Of a stretch of DNA of 64,000 nucleotides, positions 27,473-38,604 are shown piece by piece. The first letter of the stretch is position 1. The number at the start of each line of letters is the position of its first letter. Both the position numbers and the translations under genes were made by a program. The stretch covers positions 256,001 through 320,000 of the forward strand of contig JAKFCY010000003.1 of the NCBI GenBank assembly GCA_036676395.1, in the 5' to 3' direction. The DNA comes from Bdellovibrio sp. (GTDB lineage Bacteria > Bdellovibrionota > Bdellovibrionia > Bdellovibrionales > Bdellovibrionaceae). The notes beneath the pieces were generated by a model, which was not told where the DNA came from, did no database searches, and saw nothing but the letters and a program-made list of their open reading frames with translations.

Positions 27473-28075
27473 TTAGTAAAAGTAAGTTAAGCCTAAGCCA
27501 GCCGTTGGAAGATAAACTGAACTGTTTAATTCGCCCAACACCATCAACTCACCGTAAAAATTTACGCCGGCTAATTCGCCTTCAAGCTGGTTGTATTCTA
27601 AACCCATTCCCGCCGCCAAAAAGTTTGCAGAGAATTTGTTCTCTTTGATCTGATTTTCAGAAAGAACTCTATTTAAGATATCTGAACTTGAAGCGTCCGC
27701 TGATGAACTGTTTGAATTAAACCAGTTAGAATAGCCGACCTTAGTATATGGAGATAAGTAAGCAGCTTCATAATTATGTTTCCACGCGATATGAAACGAA
27801 TTATAGGCTTTGCCTCCGCCGATTCCAAACTCTAGAGCATCTTCTGGCTGAAGGTTAACTTCTAAATTAAAACCTAAACCACCAGTTAAACCGCCTGTAG
27901 AGACTCCTAAGCCGATTTTTTTATACTTCTTAAGCTCATAATTTGAATCGTAAAGTTCTACGCCTTCGTTATCAAATTTTTGGCTTTTAGAAAAAACTGA
28001 CTGATTTGTTGGTTCTGTTTGTGCGAAAGTAGCTGTCGAAGACAAAAAAGCTAATGCGATAATAAGTAATTTCAT
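27473..28075 (-). CDS. Outer-membrane beta-barrel protein
   Basis: Signal peptide ending TFA; Gly-rich strands; terminal LGLTYFY. Confidence 0.75.
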   Translation of the reverse strand: MKLLIIALAFLSSTATFAQTEPTNQSVFSKSQKFDNEGVELYDSNYELKKYKKIGLGVSTGGLTGGLGFNLEVNLQPEDALEFGIGGGKAYNSFHIAWKHNYEAAYLSPYTKVGYSNWFNSNSSSADASSSDILNRVLSENQIKENKFSANFLAAGMGLEYNQLEGELAGVNFYGELMVLGELNSSVYLPTAGLGLTYFY

Positions 28076-28207
28076 GCTGTAGGCCTCTCTTTTTTTAGCT
28101 TAGTTTAATCATTTTTGTCTGAATAGGAAACGAATTCTGCGAATCACTCATTGCAAATGCTATTGAACGTTTCAAAAGATTTTTTGAAAACCATTTTTAC
28201 CGACAGC

Positions 28208-28236
28208 CTTTAATAGGCAAATATTGCCTATTAAAG
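28208..28236. repeat. Perfect inverted repeat, 13-bp arms
   Basis: ctttaataggcaa-ata-ttgcctattaaag. Confidence 0.85.
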
Positions 28237-28350
28237 CTAAAACTTAATACCCGCCTAACAAGACTTAAATATTCGAAATATCTAGCAAACTTATAATCTA
28301 TATCTTGATATTTACAATTTGCCCGCTACTTAAACATCATGATCACTTGC

Positions 28351-28369
28351 ACGACTTATAATAAGTCGT
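28351..28369. promoter_or_regulatory. Palindromic operator-like site
   Basis: acgacttat-a-ataagtcgt. Confidence 0.45.
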
Positions 28370-28593
28370 TCTGTGTTTATTTTTTATCGTTTTTAATAAT
28401 TCTTTTTTGTTATGCCTTCAATAATGGCGCTGAAGAATTTTTCACGACTTTTAGAGCGGAAATTTCGTTCACTTTATAAGTCCTGCAACTGGCCAAAACT
28501 TATCTGGGCTTGAGCTTTAAGGCGTTAAGTATTAAACCTGTTAAGTATTTAAATTCTATTATTTTTTTAATAAATCAAAAAGGGAGATTTCAC

Positions 28594-29538
28594 ATGGCAC
28601 ACGCAAGAAAAAAAATCGCCGTTATTGGCGCAGGTTTCGTAGGATCAACAACTGCTCACTGGGCAGCTCAAAAAGAATTAGGTGATGTAGTTCTTTTAGA
28701 TGTTAACGAAGGCGCAGCTATCGGAAAATCTTTAGACTTAGCTCAAGCAGCTACTATGGAAATGTTTGATACAAAAATCAAAGGCACTTCTAATTATGCT
28801 GATATCGCCAATTCAGATATCGTGATCGTTACGGCTGGTATGCCACGTAAACCAGGCATGAGCCGTGATGAATTAATCGGGATCAATGCAAAAATCGTAA
28901 AAGATGTTTGCGCTGGCATCAAACAACACGCTCCAAATTCAATCGTTATCGTAGTTTGTAACCCAATGGATGTTATGGCCCTTTATGCCAAGCAACAATT
29001 AGGTTTTCCACGTGAGCGCGTTTTAGGTATGGGCGGATGTTTAGATTCAGCTCGCTTCCGTACATTCATCGCCGAAGAGTGCGGTGTTTCATATAAAGAC
29101 GTAACTGGCGTTGTTGTTGGTAACCACGGTGATGCCATGGTTCCATTAGTTCGCACAGCTTCTGTTGGTTCAGTTCCTTTAATGGATATGTTACCGGCTG
29201 ACAAAATTGCTGCAATCGTTGCTCGCACAAAATCTGCAGGTGCCGAAATCGGTGGCCACTTAAAAACTGGTTCAGCATATTACGCTCCTTCTCGTGGTGC
29301 TGTTGAAATGGCTGAAGCGATTTTAAAAGATCAAAAACGCGTATTACCTGTAGCTGTTGAGCTAAAAGGCGAATTCGGCGTTAACGACGGCATGATGGTT
29401 GGTGTTATGTGCGTTATCGGCGGTAAAGGTTTAGAAAAAATCATCGATTACAAATTCAATGCTGACGAAAAAGCTGAATTTGAAAAATCAGTAAACGCAG
29501 TTCGCACATTATGCGAAGGCTTGAAAGCAGTTCAATAA
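28594..29538 (+). CDS. mdh: Malate dehydrogenase (LDH-like)
   Basis: [36 protein letters not shown]. Confidence 0.96.
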   Translation: MAHARKKIAVIGAGFVGSTTAHWAAQKELGDVVLLDVNEGAAIGKSLDLAQAATMEMFDTKIKGTSNYADIANSDIVIVTAGMPRKPGMSRDELIGINAKIVKDVCAGIKQHAPNSIVIVVCNPMDVMALYAKQQLGFPRERVLGMGGCLDSARFRTFIAEECGVSYKDVTGVVVGNHGDAMVPLVRTASVGSVPLMDMLPADKIAAIVARTKSAGAEIGGHLKTGSAYYAPSRGAVEMAEAILKDQKRVLPVAVELKGEFGVNDGMMVGVMCVIGGKGLEKIIDYKFNADEKAEFEKSVNAVRTLCEGLKAVQ

Positions 29539-30698
29539 TGAATATTCATGAGTATCAAGCGAAAGAAGTTTTAAGAGACTTCGGAGTAGCGACTTTAAAA
29601 GGTAAATTAGCATTCACTCCTGAAGAAGCCGTAACTGCAGCTAAAGAAATCGGTGGATCAGTTTGGGTTGTTAAAGCCCAGATCCACGCTGGTGGCCGCG
29701 GTAAAGGTGGCGGCGTTAAAGTTGCAAAATCATTAGATGAAGTTCGCGACTACGCTCAAAAAATTCTTGGTATGACTTTAGTCACTCACCAAACAGGCCC
29801 TGAAGGTAAACAAGTTCAAAAAGTGTTTATCGAACAAGGCTGTAATATCGCTAAAGAATACTACGTGGCTTGCTTAATCGACCGTGAAACTGGTCGCGTA
29901 GCAATGATGGCGTCTTCTGAAGGTGGCATGGACATCGAAGAAGTAGCAGAACACAATCCAAATGCGATTGTTAAAGTTGATATCGATCCGGTAACTGGTT
30001 TAGGCGCATGGCAAGCTCGCGAGCTATGCTTCAAAATCGGCATGGGTCCAACAACAGTAAATAAAGCTGTTAAATTCATGATGGGCTTATACGAAGCTTT
30101 CATTAAACACGATTGCTCGATCGCAGAAATCAATCCTTTAGTTGTAACTAAAGAAGATGATGTTATCTGTTTAGATGCAAAAATGAATTTCGATTCAAAT
30201 GCATTATACCGTCAGCCTAGAATTTTAGAAATGCGCGATTTAAACGAAGAAGAAGCCACTGAAATCGAAGCTTCTAAATTTGATTTAGCTTTCATTAAAT
30301 TAGATGGAAACATCGGCTGTTTAGTTAACGGTGCAGGTTTAGCAATGGCTACTCTAGATATCATTAAACTTCACGGTGCGGCTCCTGCGAACTTCTTAGA
30401 TGTTGGCGGCGGCGCAAATAAAGAAAAAGTAACAAACGCATTTAAAATCATCCTTAAAGACAAAAACGTTAAGGGAATTTTAGTAAATATTTTCGGTGGT
30501 ATCATGAAATGTGATGTGATCGCTGAAGGTGTTATCGCCGCTTCTAAAGAAGTTGGTTTAAAAGTTCCTTTAGTGGTTCGTTTAGAAGGTACTAACGTTG
30601 AACTTGGTAAAAAAATCTTAGCTGACAGTGGTTTAAACATCATTCCTGCAAACGATTTAACAGATGCTGCGAAAAAAATTACCGCAGCCATTAAGTAG
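29538..30698 (+). CDS. sucC: Succinyl-CoA synthetase beta subunit
   Basis: [34 protein letters not shown]. Confidence 0.98.
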   Translation: MNIHEYQAKEVLRDFGVATLKGKLAFTPEEAVTAAKEIGGSVWVVKAQIHAGGRGKGGGVKVAKSLDEVRDYAQKILGMTLVTHQTGPEGKQVQKVFIEQGCNIAKEYYVACLIDRETGRVAMMASSEGGMDIEEVAEHNPNAIVKVDIDPVTGLGAWQARELCFKIGMGPTTVNKAVKFMMGLYEAFIKHDCSIAEINPLVVTKEDDVICLDAKMNFDSNALYRQPRILEMRDLNEEEATEIEASKFDLAFIKLDGNIGCLVNGAGLAMATLDIIKLHGAAPANFLDVGGGANKEKVTNAFKIILKDKNVKGILVNIFGGIMKCDVIAEGVIAASKEVGLKVPLVVRLEGTNVELGKKILADSGLNIIPANDLTDAAKKITAAIK

Positions 30699-30706
30699 GA
30701 TTTAAA

Positions 30707-31576
30707 ATGGCGATTTTAATTAATAAAAATACAAAAGTTATGTGCCAAGGTCTTACAGGATCTCAAGGTTCATTTCACTCTTTACAATGTAAAGCTTACG
30801 GAACACAAATGGTTGCAGGCGTTACACCTGGTAAAGGTGGAACGACTCACGAAGGTATTCCTGTATTCAACACTGTAAAAGAAGCTAAAGAAAAAACTGG
30901 CGCGACTGTGTCGATGGTATTCGTACCTCCTCCATTCGCTGCTGATTCTATCTTAGAAGCAGTTGATGCTGATTTAGATTTAGTGATCTGTATCACTGAA
31001 GGTATTCCAGTATTAGACATGGTTAAGGTTAAGAAATACATGCAAGGCAAACGCACTCGTTTAATCGGTCCGAACTGCCCTGGCGTTATCACTCCAGAAG
31101 CTTGTAAAATCGGAATCATGCCTGGTCACATTCACAAAGCTGGCCGTATCGGCGTTTTATCACGCTCTGGCACATTAACTTACGAAGCTGTAGGTCAACT
31201 TTCAGCTTTAGGTTTAGGCCAATCAACTTGTGTTGGTATCGGCGGAGACCCGGTTAACGGAACAAACTTTATCGATATGTTAAAACTATTCAACGCAGAT
31301 CCAGACACTGATGCAGTGATCATGATCGGTGAAATCGGCGGAACAGCTGAAGAAGAAGCTGCTGAATACATCAAAAAAGAATTCAAAAAACCAGTAGCGG
31401 TTTTCATCGCAGGTGCTTCGGCTCCTCCGGGAAAACGTATGGGTCATGCCGGAGCTATCATCAGCGGCGGTAAAGGCACAGCAGAAGCTAAATTCGCTGC
31501 TTTAGAGGCAGCTGGTTGTAAGATTTCTCGTTCTCCGGCTGATATGGGAACGACTCTTAAATCGATGTTAAAGTAA
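30707..31576 (+). CDS. sucD: Succinyl-CoA synthetase alpha subunit
   Basis: [22 protein letters not shown]. Confidence 0.98.
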   Translation: MAILINKNTKVMCQGLTGSQGSFHSLQCKAYGTQMVAGVTPGKGGTTHEGIPVFNTVKEAKEKTGATVSMVFVPPPFAADSILEAVDADLDLVICITEGIPVLDMVKVKKYMQGKRTRLIGPNCPGVITPEACKIGIMPGHIHKAGRIGVLSRSGTLTYEAVGQLSALGLGQSTCVGIGGDPVNGTNFIDMLKLFNADPDTDAVIMIGEIGGTAEEEAAEYIKKEFKKPVAVFIAGASAPPGKRMGHAGAIISGGKGTAEAKFAALEAAGCKISRSPADMGTTLKSMLK

Positions 31577-31600
31577 TTAAGTCATTAAATGCTTAATATG

Positions 31601-31631
31601 AAAGGCTCTGTAGCAATACAGGGCCTTTTTT
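31601..31631 (+). terminator. Intrinsic terminator after sucD
   Basis: aaaggctctgta-GCAA-tacagggcc plus T-run. Confidence 0.85.
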
Positions 31632-31701
31632 ATTGCCATTTTTTACCCCTCGGTTTACACCTAATCCCGTAACCAAAAACCTCATAAACAAGGAGCCTCA
31701 A

Positions 31702-32133
31702 ATGGCAATCGAAAGAACATTTTCAATCATCAAACCTAACGCTGTTAAAAAGAACGTAATCGGCGATATCATCAACACTTTTGAAACTAAAGGTTTACGC
31801 ATCGGCGGAGCTAAATTAGGAATGTTATCTCGTGAAAAATGCGAATTATTTTACGCTGAACACGCAGCTCGTCCTTTTTTCGGTGAATTAGTTTCTTTCA
31901 TGACTTCTGGTCCTGTTGTAATGATGTGCTTAGTTGGTGAAAACGCAGTTTTAAAAAACCGCGAAATCATGGGTGCAACTGATCCTAAAAAAGCTGATCC
32001 AGGAACTATCCGCGCTAAGCACGGTGATTCTATGGGTGAAAATGCAGTTCACGGTTCTGATTCAGTAGCTTCTGCTGAACGTGAATTAGCGATTTTCTTC
32101 GATAAACACGAATTAGCTAACTTAAACATGTAA
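31702..32133 (+). CDS. ndk: Nucleoside diphosphate kinase
   Basis: [26 protein letters not shown]. Confidence 0.97.
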   Translation: MAIERTFSIIKPNAVKKNVIGDIINTFETKGLRIGGAKLGMLSREKCELFYAEHAARPFFGELVSFMTSGPVVMMCLVGENAVLKNREIMGATDPKKADPGTIRAKHGDSMGENAVHGSDSVASAERELAIFFDKHELANLNM

Positions 32134-32138
32134 TTTAA

Positions 32139-33344
32139 ATGAAGAGACAGGATCAAAAAAATCCTATTTCTAAGAAAAGGGACTCTGAATTAGAGTCCCT
32201 TTTACATTCTGAACATACCATCACAATTGAAAAATTAGCGGTGGGTGGTTCAGGCATTGGTCGTATTGATTATCAGGATAAAAAATTAGTCGTTTTTATT
32301 CCGAAATCTGCCCCTGAAGACCAAGTTCGCGTACGTATTACTCATGTCGAAAAAAACTTTCTTAACGGCGAAATCGTTCAGATTTTAACGCCTAGCCCGT
32401 ACCGACGTGAAGCGCCCTGCCCGTACTTTAAAGACTGTGGCGGCTGTTCTTGGCAGCACATTGATGAAAAACATCAAATCACACAAAAAGAATTAATCTT
32501 AACTGACCTTTTTAAAAAGTTTTTGCCTGAGCAAAAATATGAATTGTTGCCTTCAGTTGTTGGTGAACAAAAGTTTGAGTATCGCAATCGCATCCAACTT
32601 AAACAATTCGGCAAACAACTGGGCTATTTTAAGCCAGAATCCCATGATTTAGTCGATATTGAAGACTGCCTGATCGCCGAAAAGCCTTTACGTGACTGGC
32701 TAAAGACAAATAAATCAAAAATTCGCCCTAGCGATAAATTGCGTAAGCATGAATTAAAAATAAATGCTGATGGTAAGGTCGAATTTTACCCGATCGGTGC
32801 ACAAAGCGAAGGTTTATCGTTCTCACAGGTGAATCGCTTTGTGAATGCCACATTGGTCGGAACCACTGTTGAACTTGCTAAGACCACACAGGCAAAAACA
32901 TTGACTGAATTTTATGCCGGAAGCGGAAATTTTACGTTCGCTTTAGGTCAGATTTCTAAGGATTTACAGATTGACGCAATCGAGCTAAACCCAGATCTGA
33001 CGCAAAAAGCAGTCGAACAAATTAAATTACAAAAGCTTCATAAACAAATCAGATTTTATACGACTAAATCCGAGTTATTTCCTCTACGCAACACGATGTC
33101 GTCCGATCTAATCATGTTAGATCCACCTCGCCAAGGCTGTGAAAAATCACTTTTAGTGAAAATCGCCGAGACAAAACCGAAGTTTTTACTATATATCAGC
33201 TGCCATCCGGTGTCGTTAGTGCGCGATCTTCAGGTTCTGAAACAAAATGGATTTAACTTCGAAATGCGCCATTTACAAATCTTCGATATGTTTCCGCAAA
33301 CTGATCATTTCGAAACTCTGTGCCTTCTTGAATTAGCTCACTGA
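32139..33344 (+). CDS. rlmD: 23S rRNA (uracil-C5) methyltransferase, RlmD/TrmA family
   Basis: TRAM domain, C...CGGC, FSQVN, DPPRQG, YISC, DMFPQT.HFE. Confidence 0.88.
   Translation: MKRQDQKNPISKKRDSELESLLHSEHTITIEKLAVGGSGIGRIDYQDKKLVVFIPKSAPEDQVRVRITHVEKNFLNGEIVQILTPSPYRREAPCPYFKDCGGCSWQHIDEKHQITQKELILTDLFKKFLPEQKYELLPSVVGEQKFEYRNRIQLKQFGKQLGYFKPESHDLVDIEDCLIAEKPLRDWLKTNKSKIRPSDKLRKHELKINADGKVEFYPIGAQSEGLSFSQVNRFVNATLVGTTVELAKTTQAKTLTEFYAGSGNFTFALGQISKDLQIDAIELNPDLTQKAVEQIKLQKLHKQIRFYTTKSELFPLRNTMSSDLIMLDPPRQGCEKSLLVKIAETKPKFLLYISCHPVSLVRDLQVLKQNGFNFEMRHLQIFDMFPQTDHFETLCLLELAH
32175..32203 (+). terminator. Terminator-like hairpin after ndk, inside rlmD 5' region
   Basis: aaaagggactct-gaatt-agagtccctttt. 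Confidence 0.7.
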
Positions 33345-33387
33345 AGTGTTGACTCAACTAAGCCTTAAAAGGCTTAATTAAAGGAGT

Positions 33388-34152
33388 ATGTTTTTACTTC
33401 GCCTGAGTCTCATCATCTTTTTGTTTTCATCGTGCAAATCGTTCTTTAGTAACGATCGCTCTGAAGAACGTGCGCAATTGCGTCAACAACTGGGCGTTTC
33501 GTACATGCAACAAGGCAACTACCCGTTGGCTTTAAAAGAATTATTAGCCGCCGAAGAATTAGATCCAGAAAATCCGCAAATCCAAAACAATTTAGGTCTG
33601 CTGTATTTCGTGCGTGATAAATTAGAACTTTCTGCCAAGCACTTTGCGCGCGCTTATGAATTAGATAAAAAATTTACCGATGCAAAAAATAATTTGGCTC
33701 GCGTCTACATCGAATTAAAACAATTTGCCATCGCTCAACGTCTACTTGAAGAAGTATTGGCAGATCTAACTTATCAATTTCAGATTAAAGCTGATATGAA
33801 TTACGGTTTATTAGAATTTAACCGTAGCCGGTTCAAAGAAGCTAAAAAGCATTTCAAAAAAGTTTTAATGCAAGATCGTGAAGATTGTTTTGCGCAAGTT
33901 TTTCTTGGACGTTCATTTTTAGAACTTAAAGAAAACAGAGCAGCCGTCGACCAATTAGAAAAGGCGACAACATTCTGCAAAATGGTCGGTATTGACGACG
34001 CTCATTACTTTTCAGCAATCGCTTTATACCGCACTGGCGATAAAGACCAATCTTTGGTTCGTTTTAAAGAACTTTTAAATTTATTTCCTCAAGCAAAATA
34101 TAGAGAACAATCAAAAAAAATGATCGACATCATTGAAAAAGGAACACTATGA
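33388..34152 (+). CDS. TPR lipoprotein, PilF/Tgl pilotin-like
   Basis: FSSC lipobox; TPR repeats; ndk-methyltransferase-pilF-rodZ synteny. Confidence 0.8.
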   Translation: MFLLRLSLIIFLFSSCKSFFSNDRSEERAQLRQQLGVSYMQQGNYPLALKELLAAEELDPENPQIQNNLGLLYFVRDKLELSAKHFARAYELDKKFTDAKNNLARVYIELKQFAIAQRLLEEVLADLTYQFQIKADMNYGLLEFNRSRFKEAKKHFKKVLMQDREDCFAQVFLGRSFLELKENRAAVDQLEKATTFCKMVGIDDAHYFSAIALYRTGDKDQSLVRFKELLNLFPQAKYREQSKKMIDIIEKGTL

Positions 34153-35135
34153 AAATCACCGGCGAATTGCTGAAGTCAGAAAGAATCAAAAAAGACTTAT
34201 CCATTCAAGATGTAGCTTACGCATTAAAACTAAGCTCTCGCATTATTCAAGCTATCGAAAATGGCGACACCGATGAACTTCCTGCAAAAACTTTCGTACG
34301 TGGATTTGTTAAAAGTTATGCTGATTACTTAAAAATCGATAGCGATGTCGTATTAAAACAATTTCAAGAAGAAATGGGATCAACGCACCCGGTTCCAAAA
34401 ACTATCGCAGCGCCCGTTGGACAAACAACTGAAACTACAGCACCTATCCCTAATAGTTCAAAAGTAGCTTTCAGACAAAATGTTGAATCGATTAATGGTA
34501 AAAAAATGGAAGGTGGCTTAACGCAAAAGAATGTGATTTATTTTGCCGTAGTCACAAGTTTGGTAATCGTCATTGCCATCATTAATAAAGTTGCTAATCA
34601 TTATCAAAACGAAATACCGCAAGTCACCGACGCTTCTGCTGATGGCGTACCTGTTAACACAGAAGCCATCGTGGCTTCTTCTCCTTCAGTCGTATCGGCT
34701 GAAACAGTTCCTAACGATATCGTTAGTGCATTAAGTTCTTCTAGTACAATCACTGGTGGTGTTGATATCGAAGCTACTGCCACGGCATCTGCAGCGACGG
34801 TCGTGACTAGCACAAAACCGGCAATAGCCGCTTCTGCTGCAGCGACGGCACCAGTTAATAATCAACCGCAAAATACTGCGGCGACTGAAAAATCTAAAGG
34901 CCAATCTGTTGAAGTGCTTATTGAAGCCAAAAAAGATGCCTATATTGATTACGCTAAAGGTAATACTTCTGATTTTAAACGCTTAACTTTAAAAGCGAAC
35001 ACTTACCAAATTTTAAAATCAAAAGTAGGCTTACACCTGCGTGCTGCTGATGGCAGCGCCGTAAGCATTACTGTAAATGGTGTTAGTAAAGGACAAATGT
35101 CTAGCGCGAACAAGTTCGTCGAGATGACATTCTAA
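34149..35135 (+). CDS. rodZ: RodZ-like protein
   Basis: N-terminal HTH (LPAKTFVRGFVKSYA), single TM, low-complexity linker, C-terminal beta domain. Confidence 0.8.
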   Translation: MKITGELLKSERIKKDLSIQDVAYALKLSSRIIQAIENGDTDELPAKTFVRGFVKSYADYLKIDSDVVLKQFQEEMGSTHPVPKTIAAPVGQTTETTAPIPNSSKVAFRQNVESINGKKMEGGLTQKNVIYFAVVTSLVIVIAIINKVANHYQNEIPQVTDASADGVPVNTEAIVASSPSVVSAETVPNDIVSALSSSSTITGGVDIEATATASAATVVTSTKPAIAASAAATAPVNNQPQNTAATEKSKGQSVEVLIEAKKDAYIDYAKGNTSDFKRLTLKANTYQILKSKVGLHLRAADGSAVSITVNGVSKGQMSSANKFVEMTF

Positions 35136-35139
35136 TATA

Positions 35140-36468
35140 GTGTTACAAAAACGAATTCTTAACCTCCTTGCTATTGTCTTATTTATCAAGCTAGTTTTTG
35201 CATTGATTTTTCCATTAGTCGGTGACGAGGCTTATTACTGGTTCTGGGGTCAAAACTTACAGCTTAGTTATTTCGATCATCCTGGCATGGTGGCTTGGCT
35301 AGCCAGCTTAAGTGATTATTTGCCCATTACTCCCAAATGGGCGGCAACTCGTTTAGTATTCGTTGCTTTAAGTATGGTTACTTTTTATATCTGGCTAAAA
35401 GTTTTTATCCAGCACAGACAACACAGTAAGAATCTCTTACATGAATTAAATATTTTCACGATTTTCTTTATGTTAAATCCATTTCTGGGTTTAGGAAGTG
35501 TCTTAATTACCCCTGATGCTCCTTTATTGCTATTCTGGGGTTTATCTTCGTACTTTGTTTTAAAAATTCTTCGCGAACAAAAATCTGTGTATTACGCTTT
35601 ATTGGGAGTAAGTCTTGGATTGGGTTTTTGTTCGAAATACCATATCGTGCTTTTTCCATTAGTTACAATTGTGGCCCTGTACTTTGAAAAAAACCTTAAA
35701 GTTTTCTTTTCTAAAAAAACTCTGATCACAGTCCTGTTTGGATTATTGTTTTGTCTGCCTGTCTTGATTTGGAATTATCAAAATGATTTTGTGTCTTTTA
35801 AATTTCAAATTAATCATGGTTTAAATGAAGCAAGGCCTTACCAATTCTGGTGGACGTCGACTTATGTGCTAGGTCAGGTTTTACTGTTTAATCCGATTCT
35901 GGTGTTTGCATTGATTTTTAATTTTAAGAAATCACTCTTTAATATTAGTGCTTTAGCACAATGGGCATTTTTTCTTTACAGTTCTTTTAAAGCTAAAGTT
36001 GAAGCCAACTGGCCCCAGACTTCGCACGTTTTAGGTCTGATTGATTTAGATGTAACCCGTAAAAAAATTATTCGTTATTCGCTTTTATACTACGCTGTAA
36101 TCTGGCTGGCGATTCCGGTATTATTTTTTACTGATTTCGGTAAAAATAAAATCGCCCGATTACCGACCAGCCTAACTGTTAATGAAATAGCGCCAGAACT
36201 GCAAAAATACCAGCCTCTTTACGGTCCAACATTTCAGATGTCTTCTTTATTAACATTACTTACAGACATGCCTGTTTATAAATTACATGGTTTAAGCCGC
36301 TATGATTTTTTTGATTCACTGCCAGGGTCACATCCAACTGCAACGTCTTTCTATGTCTTAAAGTACACCTCTTCACCCTGGCCTCTGTTTTATGAAAACT
36401 ATAGCAAAATCAAAGTCTCAGAGTTTCCAAAATTTAATTTAGAAGTGTTCGAATTTCGCCATGAATAG
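35140..36468 (+). CDS. ArnT/GT39-GT83-like membrane glycosyltransferase
   Basis: DEAYYW, YFDHP, TPDAP, SKY; many TM helices. Confidence 0.88.
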   Translation: MLQKRILNLLAIVLFIKLVFALIFPLVGDEAYYWFWGQNLQLSYFDHPGMVAWLASLSDYLPITPKWAATRLVFVALSMVTFYIWLKVFIQHRQHSKNLLHELNIFTIFFMLNPFLGLGSVLITPDAPLLLFWGLSSYFVLKILREQKSVYYALLGVSLGLGFCSKYHIVLFPLVTIVALYFEKNLKVFFSKKTLITVLFGLLFCLPVLIWNYQNDFVSFKFQINHGLNEARPYQFWWTSTYVLGQVLLFNPILVFALIFNFKKSLFNISALAQWAFFLYSSFKAKVEANWPQTSHVLGLIDLDVTRKKIIRYSLLYYAVIWLAIPVLFFTDFGKNKIARLPTSLTVNEIAPELQKYQPLYGPTFQMSSLLTLLTDMPVYKLHGLSRYDFFDSLPGSHPTATSFYVLKYTSSPWPLFYENYSKIKVSEFPKFNLEVFEFRHE

Positions 36469-37642
36469 AATATTTTTAATTCTTACATTTCTATTAATTT
36501 CATTTGTCGTTTACGGCTTTTATATTTCACAATTCGAATTTCGCATTATTCCAATAACGGCAAAAAATGAAGGGCAAGCCACTTTCTTATATGATTACAA
36601 GATTGCTTTCGATGTTTATTCAAATCTATCTTCAGGCTCAGGAAGTGTACTTTCAATTGCAGAAGAAGCTAAAAAAGCACGCTTAGATTTTGTTTTGATC
36701 TCTGACACCAATAGTTTTTACGATCTGGATACCGATAAGTATTTATCGGATATCGGTATTTTATCAGGTGCCAAAGTTCTCGATGGCAAAAGATTATTTA
36801 TCTACTATTCGCCAACAGAAAAATCTTTCTTTCAAAAAACGTCTGCAGATTATGCCAATGATGATAAAGCTTTGATTATCGAATCACATCAGATCAATAC
36901 CCCTTACGAGCTGTCGCAATTAACTGAAAATAAATTCGACGGCATGGAAGTGCTAAATTTTAAAAGCATTGCACAAAAATCATGGATTGAATCTCGTATA
37001 TCTACTATGTGGAGTTTGCTGTATTACCCCTTCAATCCCCGGTTGGCGTTAACTCGGCTATACAAAGAGCCTTCTGCTGAAATTGCAGTTTTCGACCAGT
37101 TATCGCAGTTAAAAAAAGTTAACTTTTTTGTCGGTGCAGAAGCAACGGCGCGTGCGATTCCGTTTGCCGATTGGTTAATAAAATTTCCGAGCTATGAAAT
37201 GAGTTTCAATATCGCAAGTCAGCACGTTTTTTTGACTTCTGAACTTACTGGCGACATCAGTAACGATGCCCAAAAAATCTTGGCAGCCCTAAAGCGTGGC
37301 CATTCATATGTGGCTTTTGACGCTTTAGGCGATCCAACAGGTTTTGAAACTTATATTACAGAAAATCGTAAAAAGTTTTTTACCGGTGATGATATTGTTT
37401 TCACAAAAAATTTACGACTATATTATAAGCTACCTGCAGAACCGATTCCATTCTACGAAGTCGTTCTTTTTAAAAATGGTCAGCGTATAGATCATTTAAA
37501 TACTTTTGAAGGTTTGTTTGCGATTGATTCACCGGGTGTATATCGAATTCAAGTGCGCCTGAGCCCTACGTTTCCCCTACCTGATGCGACCAAGTGGATT
37601 ACCTGGGTTTATACCAATAATTTCTACGTTAATCCTCGCTAG
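36461..37642 (+). CDS. Membrane-anchored PHP-fold-like hypothetical protein
   Basis: LDFVLISDTN, GMEVLN, LAALKRGHSY; metal His residues appear degenerate. Confidence 0.6.
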   Translation: MNRIFLILTFLLISFVVYGFYISQFEFRIIPITAKNEGQATFLYDYKIAFDVYSNLSSGSGSVLSIAEEAKKARLDFVLISDTNSFYDLDTDKYLSDIGILSGAKVLDGKRLFIYYSPTEKSFFQKTSADYANDDKALIIESHQINTPYELSQLTENKFDGMEVLNFKSIAQKSWIESRISTMWSLLYYPFNPRLALTRLYKEPSAEIAVFDQLSQLKKVNFFVGAEATARAIPFADWLIKFPSYEMSFNIASQHVFLTSELTGDISNDAQKILAALKRGHSYVAFDALGDPTGFETYITENRKKFFTGDDIVFTKNLRLYYKLPAEPIPFYEVVLFKNGQRIDHLNTFEGLFAIDSPGVYRIQVRLSPTFPLPDATKWITWVYTNNFYVNPR

Positions 37643-37985
37643 GATTAGCGATAATAATTTCGATATCAGTTGCTGGTGCTTCAGGAATTTCTACCTGGCA
37701 GGCTAATCTTTCATTATCTGCAAAACTTCTTTCATGTGCACGTTCAGCTTCTAATTCTTCGCGTGGCTTTAAAGTTTCAAGCCCTTTTGTCACGATAATT
37801 CGGCACGTTGTACAGCTGGCAAAACCGCCACACGACTGACTAATGCCAATTTTGTTAGCGTTTAACAAGTCCAATAAATTTTCTGTTTGTTTAAGTTCGA
37901 TTTCAGCAACAACGCCTAATTTCGCATCGTTGTATTTTAAAACTGTCAGTGTTTTTGTTGATACGCCCACACCTATATGTAACAT
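37629..37985 (-). CDS. 2Fe-2S ferredoxin
   Basis: CGGFASCTTC...RLACQ; start ATG 37985 or GTG 37970. Confidence 0.88.
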   Translation of the reverse strand: MLHIGVGVSTKTLTVLKYNDAKLGVVAEIELKQTENLLDLLNANKIGISQSCGGFASCTTCRIIVTKGLETLKPREELEAERAHERSFADNERLACQVEIPEAPATDIEIIIANPSED

Positions 37986-37992
37986 ATATTGT

Positions 37993-38604
37993 ATGAGATT
38001 TATAGCTTTTGACTTAGAAACTACTGGAACTGTACCTGGCGTAGATAAAATTGTAGAAATCGGTGCCGTACTTATCGATAACGGCCAAGTAGAAGCCGTT
38101 TTTTCAACTTTAATTAATCCGTTAATTCCGATTCCGCCTGGAGCAACTGCGGTGAATAAAATCACTAATGAAATGGTTGCCGGCAAACCTTTAATCGAAG
38201 ACGTATTAAATTCATTCGCTGAATTTTGTGGTAACAATGTAATGGTGGCTCACAACGCGCCGTTTGACTGTCAGTTCTTAGTTGCAGATATCAAGCGATT
38301 TGAATCGTTAGCTCCACAAGGTGTTGTAGTAGATACATTACCAATGGCGCGCAAACTTATCCCTGGTTTAGCTAATTATAAATTAGGAACATTAGTTCAG
38401 CATTTCAAAGTTCAAGCTTCTGAATTTCATAGAGCCGAAGAAGATGCGACTTATTGCGGAATGGTTTTCTGGGAAATGGTTAAACGTTTATCAGTAGGTA
38501 ACCGCGCCCCACAAATTGAAAATTTAATTCAATTAACAGGCAAGACTGAATTCAAATTTCCACAAATCGAACGTCAGCCAAAACAAATGGGTTTCTTATT
38601 CTAA
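37993..38604 (+). CDS. DEDDh 3'-5' exonuclease (DnaQ/epsilon-like)
   Basis: FDLETTG, AHNAPFD, HRAEEDA. Confidence 0.92.
   Translation: MRFIAFDLETTGTVPGVDKIVEIGAVLIDNGQVEAVFSTLINPLIPIPPGATAVNKITNEMVAGKPLIEDVLNSFAEFCGNNVMVAHNAPFDCQFLVADIKRFESLAPQGVVVDTLPMARKLIPGLANYKLGTLVQHFKVQASEFHRAEEDATYCGMVFWEMVKRLSVGNRAPQIENLIQLTGKTEFKFPQIERQPKQMGFLF

Noticed and set aside
37843..38237. Long overlapping N-terminal extensions of ferredoxin and exonuclease in the ORF track
   Set aside because: Mutual antisense read-through; recognisable domains start near 37985 and 37993
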